Position numbers and translations under genes: made by a program | Assembly (NCBI GenBank): GCA_046484135.1 | Contig: JAWOBU010000098.1 | Location: forward strand, 1 to 31,638 | Direction of reading: 5' to 3' | Source of the DNA: a bacterium | GTDB taxonomy: Bacteria; RBG-13-61-14; DATKZS01 | DNA length: 31,638 nucleotides | Shown here: positions 25,484-31,638 of the stretch, piece by piece | Layout: every line of letters starts with the position of its first letter | Position numbering within the stretch: the first letter of the stretch is position 1 | Notes under the pieces: model-generated | Database searches by the model: none | Seen by the model: the letters and a program-made list of their open reading frames with translations, nothing else | What the model was told of the DNA's origin: nothing

Positions 25484-27826
25484 ATGAAAAGCTGGTCCTG
25501 TCTTATTGCAGGGGTGGTGTGCGCTCTTTTGGCGGGCGCGGTGTTTGCCGGGTCGTTTCCGGCTCTTATCAATTACCAGGGACGCCTTCATGATTCTTCG
25601 GGCGCTCCGGTAGAGGCTTCGGGGGTCGCGTTCGATTTTTCCATGCTCGACAAGCCCGTGACCACTGAGCCCTTTGAAGAGGGTGTGAAGATGGGCGGGA
25701 CCGTTCACGTTTCTCTTTCGCATTCCAACATCATGGAGAACTCCGAAGTGGTCATTTCAAGCGACGGGAGCGTGACCTATGAGCAACCTCGCGATTACGT
25801 GATGGACTACGCGAAAGGGACCATCGCCCGGGTTTCCGGAGGCATGATCGTAGACGGGCAGAAGGTGACGGTCAAATACGACTGGATCAGCTACGGGACC
25901 CTTTTATGGAAAGAGTCGCAGTTCCTTGACGTTTACGGCGGGCTTTACCAGACCGCTCTGGGTCTTGTGGAGCCGGTCCCCGCTTCCGTGTTCTCGGAGG
26001 GCTCCGTATACCTGGAGGTCGTGATTGACGGCGAGACCTTGTCGCCAAGAACACGCTTGACCTCGACTCCCTATGCCATGAACTCCGTCATGCTATCGGG
26101 CCACACCGCTTCCGACTTCGCGTCCGCTGTCCACGGCCACGACTTCGCACAGATCAGCGGCACGGCGTCGGACTCCCAGGTCCCGGACGACATCACCATA
26201 GTTTACGCCCAGGACGCGGGCGCACTTGGGGGGATGACCGCGGGCAACTACCTTAATTCCTCGGGCGACACCGTAACCGGCGACATGCACGTGCTTGGCT
26301 CCGTGGACGTGGGGAGCGACCTTTACGTGGCAGGCGACGCCGCTGTCATGGGCGGCAACATCGGGATTGGCAGGGCGGCGCATTCGAGTTACGGCATCGC
26401 AAACGAGGCGGCCTCGGCGCCCTACTACGGGGCCTATATGTACGGGAACAACTACGGCGTGATAGGTCGGCTCGCCAGTGACCCTGATGACCACTACGGG
26501 TATCTGGGCTCTCTTATCTACGGGGTTTACGGAAAGAGCGGGAACTCGGACGAGACCGGAGTCCGTTACGGCGGACGATTTATAGCTTCCAGCCAGGGCA
26601 CCGCTTACGGCGTTTCCGGGCTGGCTAACGGCTACAGCGTGAACTCGACTTACGGGGTTTATGGGAACGCTGGTAATTCATCCTCCGGAAATGTCCGTGG
26701 TCTGTACGGTTATGCTTACAAGGGGGCCGGCTCGGGCGACATCCAGGGAGTGTACGGCTCCGCTCAAAATATGACCGTGGATGACGCATACGGAGGATAT
26801 TTCAACGCGTCCTCCGAGGGCACAGGGACGCATTACGGGGTGTATGCCGAAGCCGACCATTACGGGGTGTATGCCGAGGCCGACAATTACCCGTTACTGG
26901 CCGCCAACAGCCGGTACCCGTACGATTATTACGCTAGACTGGGAACTATGCAACATGGCATTAACGCAGAATGCGGAAAATCGAGTGATACAAGCTCCCG
27001 CTACGGCGGAAGATTTTATGGTTACTCGTCGAACTCCGCTTACGGCATTAGTGCAATAGCCCACGGTTACGGCACTTATGCTAGCTATGGCGTGCGCGGA
27101 ACGGCATATCAGGACGGAACCGGCAACGCCTACGGTTTGTACGGTTCTGCCAGCGCTCCATCGGGGACCGCTTACGGCTTGTACGTTTTCAGCGGGACCA
27201 AGAACTGGGTGAACCCGGACCCCGAGGACCCGGAAAAATCCATCGCCTATGTCACCGTGGAATCAGGCGAGAACGTGACATACCTTGCGAGCCGGGGCGA
27301 GCTCGTAAACGGCATGGCGGAGATCACACTTCCCGACCACTTCAGAAAGGTCACCAGCCCGGAGCATCCGGTGATGGTGCAGCTCACGCCAAGGTCAGCG
27401 GAGTCTCTGGGTCTTGCCGTGGTGGAAAGCGGCAACGCCGGCTTCACAGTGGTCGAGCTGATGGGTGGAACCGGGAGTTACGAGTTCGACTACACGGTAA
27501 AGGGCATGCGCCTCGGCTACGAAGACTACGAGCCCGTAATAGACAACGTTGACTATGTGCCCTTTGAAGGAAACCATGAAAACCTGGACCCGTCCGAGAT
27601 GACCACCCAGGAGTGGTACGACGCCCAGTCGCCCGGCCTGAAACGTATCTTCAAGGCAAACGGCACGCTGGACAAGGACGGCAAGGTGAACGGGAAAGCC
27701 TTCGAAGCCCGCGGATGGAAGATGGTAACAGAGCGCGCGCCCAAAAAAGAGCATCCGCGGCCCGTGCGGCCAGAGCATCCAGAGCATCCCGAGCATCCCG
27801 AGCCTCCTGAGCACGCGCCACATTAA
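25484..27826 (+). CDS. Secreted fibre-like or adhesin-like Gly/Tyr-rich repeat protein
   Basis: Sec signal ending AVFA, N-terminal INYQGRL...LSPRTRLTSTPYA module, many YGVYG-type repeats, C-terminal KNWVNPDPEDP...LPDHF...VQLTP domain and a (PEH)n tail. ATG 25484 follows AAGGAG. Confidence 0.75.
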   Translation: MKSWSCLIAGVVCALLAGAVFAGSFPALINYQGRLHDSSGAPVEASGVAFDFSMLDKPVTTEPFEEGVKMGGTVHVSLSHSNIMENSEVVISSDGSVTYEQPRDYVMDYAKGTIARVSGGMIVDGQKVTVKYDWISYGTLLWKESQFLDVYGGLYQTALGLVEPVPASVFSEGSVYLEVVIDGETLSPRTRLTSTPYAMNSVMLSGHTASDFASAVHGHDFAQISGTASDSQVPDDITIVYAQDAGALGGMTAGNYLNSSGDTVTGDMHVLGSVDVGSDLYVAGDAAVMGGNIGIGRAAHSSYGIANEAASAPYYGAYMYGNNYGVIGRLASDPDDHYGYLGSLIYGVYGKSGNSDETGVRYGGRFIASSQGTAYGVSGLANGYSVNSTYGVYGNAGNSSSGNVRGLYGYAYKGAGSGDIQGVYGSAQNMTVDDAYGGYFNASSEGTGTHYGVYAEADHYGVYAEADNYPLLAANSRYPYDYYARLGTMQHGINAECGKSSDTSSRYGGRFYGYSSNSAYGISAIAHGYGTYASYGVRGTAYQDGTGNAYGLYGSASAPSGTAYGLYVFSGTKNWVNPDPEDPEKSIAYVTVESGENVTYLASRGELVNGMAEITLPDHFRKVTSPEHPVMVQLTPRSAESLGLAVVESGNAGFTVVELMGGTGSYEFDYTVKGMRLGYEDYEPVIDNVDYVPFEGNHENLDPSEMTTQEWYDAQSPGLKRIFKANGTLDKDGKVNGKAFEARGWKMVTERAPKKEHPRPVRPEHPEHPEHPEPPEHAPH
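26831..26884 (+). repeat. In-frame 27-bp tandem duplication (HYGVYAEAD x2)
   Basis: CATTACGGGGTGTATGCCGA(A/G)GCCGAC at 26831 and 26858. Confidence 0.9.
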
Positions 27827-27841
27827 AAACTTTTTCGGCAT

Positions 27842-27882
27842 AAACGCGGCCCGGCCTCTCCGATGCGACCGGGCCGCGTTTT
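27842..27882 (+). terminator. Intrinsic terminator after the fibre-like gene
   Basis: AAACGCGGCCCGG ... CCGGGCCGCGTTT forms a 13-bp stem ending in a T-run. Confidence 0.8.
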
Positions 27883-27979
27883 AACCCGAGTTTTCCGTCC
27901 AGCCCTGCTCCTCTGCCTCACCCTCAACTGAAGCTGTTTGGTCCCTGAAGAAGGGGGGAAATTCCCAATGGGTATTCCC

Positions 27980-28031
27980 TTGACAGGGAGGCTTAATAGT
28001 TCTATCTTAATAACTGTACTGACACGTCAGT
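27980..28031 (+). promoter_or_regulatory. Sigma70-type promoter with a downstream palindromic operator
   Basis: TTGACA (27980-27985), a 17-nt spacer, TATCTT (28003-28008), then ACTGAC-ac-GTCAGT at 28018-28031. Confidence 0.6.
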
Positions 28032-28122
28032 CTAGGAGACGGTTACAGCATATCTCCAGTCGAGCAAACCGGACGGGCCGGGAATAGTTCCCCCCGCCGC
28101 AACTTTTTCCGAGGTGATACTT

Positions 28123-31100
28123 ATGACAGATGAAATCAGCCCTGCCCTGGGGATTGACGCGGGCAGTCTTTACTTGAAGATTTGCCTGGACCATGGAAAC
28201 GGCGCTCCCGAGACCCGGTACGTGGCCCATCACGGTCACCCGGTGCGGGCTTTGCGGGAGACGGTGTCCGGGCTTTTGAACGGCGTGCCCCTTCGGGTCG
28301 GGCTTACAGGTTCGCTGGCGGAGCAGATCGGGGACCAGCTCGAGGTGGAGCCGGTGGACCTGGTCCGGGCCCAGGTGGAAGCGGTCCGGAGGGTGTTCCC
28401 CGAGGTGAGAAACATCATGGACGTAGGCGGCGCCAGCGTAACCCTGATCCGGCTTACCGGCTCGGGCGAGTTCGAGGGCATGACCCGGAACTCGCTTTGC
28501 GCCGCGGGCACCGGCTCTTTTCTGGACGAGCAGGCGACCCGGCTGGGGGTCGAGTACGCTGAGCTCGAGTCCTACCCCACTATGGAGGACCCGCCCCATA
28601 TCGCGACCCGCTGTGCCGTGTTCGCCAAGTCCGACCTTATCCATCACCAGCAGGACGGCCGGACCCGGCAGGAGTGCTGGATCGGCCTTTGCCAGGGCAT
28701 GGTGCGGACACTTTTGTCTACTCTTTTGAAGGGCAGGCCCCTGATAGGCCCCACCGCGGTGATCGGCGGCGTGGCCCGGAACCCGGAGATCATGCGCCGT
28801 CTCCAGCAGATTTACGGCGACCAGGTCCGGAGCATCCCGGACTCGCACCTGGCCGGCGCCATCGGCGCCGCAAGCCTGGCCTCCACCGAGGTCCCGCCCG
28901 AATTTTTCCAGAACCTTTCCGAGAAGAGGAGCAGGGAGCAGGGCGCGGAGCTTTCCACCCGGCCGCGGCTCGATCTCCACCGCACCAGGTATCCTTCCTG
29001 GGAGGTCGAGGAGAGCTACACAGACGACAATGACAGCGAGGTCCGGGTAACCCGGCTTCCCGCGGGCAAGGTGTCCTGTTACATGGGAGTGGACGTGGGC
29101 AGCACCAGCACCAAGCTGCTTTTGACCGACCCCTCCGGCCAGGTCCTATGCGATGTGTACCGAAAGACCGCGGGAGACCCCATCGGCGCGACCCGCAGGC
29201 TGTTTGACGCTCTTATCGAGCTGGGTTCCCGCCGGGGGGTCGAGTTCGACATCAGGGGATGCGTATCCACCGGCTCGGGCCGGAAGATGGTGGGACTGGT
29301 GATAGGCGCGGACGACATCGTAAACGAGATATCCTGCCACGTTAAAGGCGCCATGCACGTGGACCCCGAGATAGACACCATCTTCGAGATCGGCGGGCAG
29401 GACTCGAAGTACATGCGGACCAGGAACGGACACATCCGGGACGCTGCCATGAACTACGTGTGTGCCGCGGGCACCGGCTCGTTCGTGGAGGAGCAGGCCC
29501 GGAAGCTCGGTTTCACGGTAGACGAAGTGGGCGACAAGGTCATGAGCATCAGCCCTCCCCACACCTCGGACCGGTGCACGGTGTTCATGGAGCAGGACGT
29601 AAACCGTCTTTTGCGGGCCGGCTACACGCGGGAGGAGGCCATGGCCGCGGTCATGTACTCGGTGGTCCAGAACTACTTCAACAAGGTGGTGGGCAACAAG
29701 TACTACTCGGAGAACAAGATTTTCTTCCAGGGCGCGACCGCTCGGAACCCGGGTCTGGTGGCCGCCTTCGAGAACCTCCTGGGCGTGGAGATGGTGGTGT
29801 CTCCTTACGCGCACGTCATGGGCGCCTGGGGCGCGGCGCTGCTGGCCCGCGAGCTCATGGAGGAGAAAGGGGAGGGCGCCTCCCGGTTCCACGGGCTGGA
29901 CCTGTCCCGCCGCAAGATCGAGCTTCGAAGCGAGCGGTGCGAGCAGTGTTCCAACAAGTGCGAGATAACCTTTGCGCAGGTGGAGGGACTTTCCGAAGAG
30001 CCTTCCTGGGGCTACATGTGTGGCAGGGAGCCGGGCGAGAAGAAAAAGGTGAACCACGAGTTCCGGCTCTTCCGGGCCCGGAAAAAACTGCTCGCTAACA
30101 CCGGCAAAGTAGACCTTCCCGACGACGCTCCCCGGGTGGCCATACCCCGCTCTTTGGCCATGCATACTTACCTTCCCCTGTGGAGGAGGTTCTTCGGAGA
30201 GCTCGGCTACAAGGCGGTGGAAACGCCGGTTACGAACTCGGAGATCAAGGTCATGGGCGCGGAGATAGCGGGAGGCGACTTCTGTTTCCCGGTCAAGGCC
30301 GCGCTCGGCCATGCCCGCTATGCGTTCGAGAACACGGACGCGGAGTACGTGTTCATTCCCTACACCGTGTCGAACCGTCCCAATCAGTACACCTCGAACG
30401 CTCTGTTCTGTCCCTACGTCCAGTCATACCCGTCCCTGGTGCGCACCGCGCTCGAGCTGCACGGGGTTGATCCTTCCCGGCTGATTGCGCCGGTCATGGA
30501 CCTTCGCTGGAAGGACAAGAAGCAGGCGAAAGAGCTCTTCGAGAAGGTGGGCCCGCGTCTGGGCCGCAGCGAAAAAGAGGTCAGGAAGGCGTGGAAGGCC
30601 GCGCTCGAGTCGCAGCGCGAGTTCGAGTCCTCCTGCATGAAGGAGGGCGAGAAGGCGCTTTCCGAGATCGAGACCGAGGAAAAGCCCGCCATCCTGGTCT
30701 TGGGCCGTCCATACAACACCTGCGATCCCGGCATCAACCTGGGGCTGGTGATGAAGATCGCGGAGCGGGGCCACACCGTGGTGCCGGTGGACTTCCTTCC
30801 CTTCGACCCCTCGGAGCTGGGAGAGGAGTTCGAGAACATCTACTGGAGCTACCCCCAGCGGATCATCCACGCCATGAAGAAGTACCGGCATCACGACCGG
30901 CTCTACCCGGTCTACTTCACCAACTTCAGTTGCGGTCCGGACAGTTTTATCGAGACCTACTCCGAGCACCTTTCCGGAGAAAAGCCGCTTCTCATCCTGG
31001 GCCTGGACGAGCACGACGCGGACGCGGGATACATCACCCGGATCGAGGCTTTCCTGGACGTGGTGAAAAACGCGGAGAAGGTGGACCGGTTTCCCGAGGT

Positions 31101-31638
31101 CTCCTTTCCCAAGCGCACGGACGACGAGTTCAAGCGCAGGAAAATCTGGATACCCAACATGCACACCACGGGCGCGACCCTGGGGGCGGCGGCTTTCCGG
31201 AGCTTCGGCTACGACGCCCGGGTGTTGCCGGTGGAGACGGACCAGTCGTTCGAGACCGGCCGGGCCCTGACCTCGGGCAACGAGTGCCTGCCCACGGTTA
31301 CCACCATCGGCGCGCTGATGGACAAGCTCCGGGAGGAGGACGCCGACCCTTCCAAGCACGCCTTTTTCATGGCCACCGCCAGCGGGCCCTGCCGGTTCGG
31401 CCAGTACGCCTTGAAGCACCGGCTCATCCTGGACTCGCTGGGGTTCAAGGACCTGGCCATACTCGCGCCTTCGTCTCTCAACTCTTACCAGGGACTGCCG
31501 GACGCACTGCGCAAAAAGATATGGAAACTTTTCGTGGCCTCTGATATACTCCTTAAACAAAGGTGCCGGGTGAAGCCGTACGAGGCCCATCCCGGCCAGA
31601 CCCAGGCGGTGTTCGACGAGGAGCTCGACCGCCTGGCA
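28123..31638 (+). CDS. CoA-substrate-specific enzyme activase fusion (2x BadF/BadG/BcrA/BcrD ASKHA ATPase + DUF2229/2-hydroxyacyl-CoA dehydratase-like domains); 3'-truncated by the window end
   Basis: Absent from the ORF track because it has no stop in the window. ATG 28123 follows GAGGTG. Translated by hand: LGIDAGS, DVGG, CAAGTGSFLDEQA, RCAVF; second domain GVDVGSTSTK, EIGGQDSK, CAAGTGSF, RCTVF; then CEQCSNKC, DFCFPVK, FCPYVQ, NFSCGPD, ECLP and GPCRFGQY, all in one frame to the end. Confidence 0.92.
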   Translation, partial: MTDEISPALGIDAGSLYLKICLDHGNGAPETRYVAHHGHPVRALRETVSGLLNGVPLRVGLTGSLAEQIGDQLEVEPVDLVRAQVEAVRRVFPEVRNIMDVGGASVTLIRLTGSGEFEGMTRNSLCAAGTGSFLDEQATRLGVEYAELESYPTMEDPPHIATRCAVFAKSDLIHHQQDGRTRQECWIGLCQGMVRTLLSTLLKGRPLIGPTAVIGGVARNPEIMRRLQQIYGDQVRSIPDSHLAGAIGAASLASTEVPPEFFQNLSEKRSREQGAELSTRPRLDLHRTRYPSWEVEESYTDDNDSEVRVTRLPAGKVSCYMGVDVGSTSTKLLLTDPSGQVLCDVYRKTAGDPIGATRRLFDALIELGSRRGVEFDIRGCVSTGSGRKMVGLVIGADDIVNEISCHVKGAMHVDPEIDTIFEIGGQDSKYMRTRNGHIRDAAMNYVCAAGTGSFVEEQARKLGFTVDEVGDKVMSISPPHTSDRCTVFMEQDVNRLLRAGYTREEAMAAVMYSVVQNYFNKVVGNKYYSENKIFFQGATARNPGLVAAFENLLGVEMVVSPYAHVMGAWGAALLARELMEEKGEGASRFHGLDLSRRKIELRSERCEQCSNKCEITFAQVEGLSEEPSWGYMCGREPGEKKKVNHEFRLFRARKKLLANTGKVDLPDDAPRVAIPRSLAMHTYLPLWRRFFGELGYKAVETPVTNSEIKVMGAEIAGGDFCFPVKAALGHARYAFENTDAEYVFIPYTVSNRPNQYTSNALFCPYVQSYPSLVRTALELHGVDPSRLIAPVMDLRWKDKKQAKELFEKVGPRLGRSEKEVRKAWKAALESQREFESSCMKEGEKALSEIETEEKPAILVLGRPYNTCDPGINLGLVMKIAERGHTVVPVDFLPFDPSELGEEFENIYWSYPQRIIHAMKKYRHHDRLYPVYFTNFSCGPDSFIETYSEHLSGEKPLLILGLDEHDADAGYITRIEAFLDVVKNAEKVDRFPEVSFPKRTDDEFKRRKIWIPNMHTTGATLGAAAFRSFGYDARVLPVETDQSFETGRALTSGNECLPTVTTIGALMDKLREEDADPSKHAFFMATASGPCRFGQYALKHRLILDSLGFKDLAILAPSSLNSYQGLPDALRKKIWKLFVASDILLKQRCRVKPYEAHPGQTQAVFDEELDRLA

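Noticed and set aside
25484..27826. Prophage tail-fibre gene
   Set aside because: It has a Sec signal peptide and no phage structural, integrase or lysis genes nearby.

Overview
GC-rich bacterial chromosomal window. Left arm (728-11538, mostly minus strand): housekeeping and envelope genes (CPBP intramembrane protease, Zn-ribbon protein, PfkB kinase, Mut7-C RNase, GT-C and GT4 glycosyltransferases, orphan DNA methyltransferase, flippase-like protein, metallophosphoesterase), a small toxin-antitoxin patch (a VapBC-like pair with a deleted toxin plus DUF4258/DUF2283) and rarA. Centre (12088-22391, plus strand): a compact dissimilatory sulfite-reduction cluster dsrA-B-N-C-T-M-K-J-O-P followed by a 2[4Fe-4S] ferredoxin. 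No dsrD, dsrL or dsrEFH is present in the window, and the DsrAB is short and not Desulfovibrio-like. Right arm: a divergent pair of large exported repeat proteins (a 21-repeat beta-propeller lipoprotein and a fibre-like Gly/Tyr-rich protein), then a large CoA-substrate-specific enzyme activase fusion that runs off the window end. The first ~460 bp hold an unexplained symmetric non-coding element: two inverted tandem arrays sharing a CCCACACAAC core, flanking palindromes and hairpins. All calls come from reading motifs by eye; no database searches were run.
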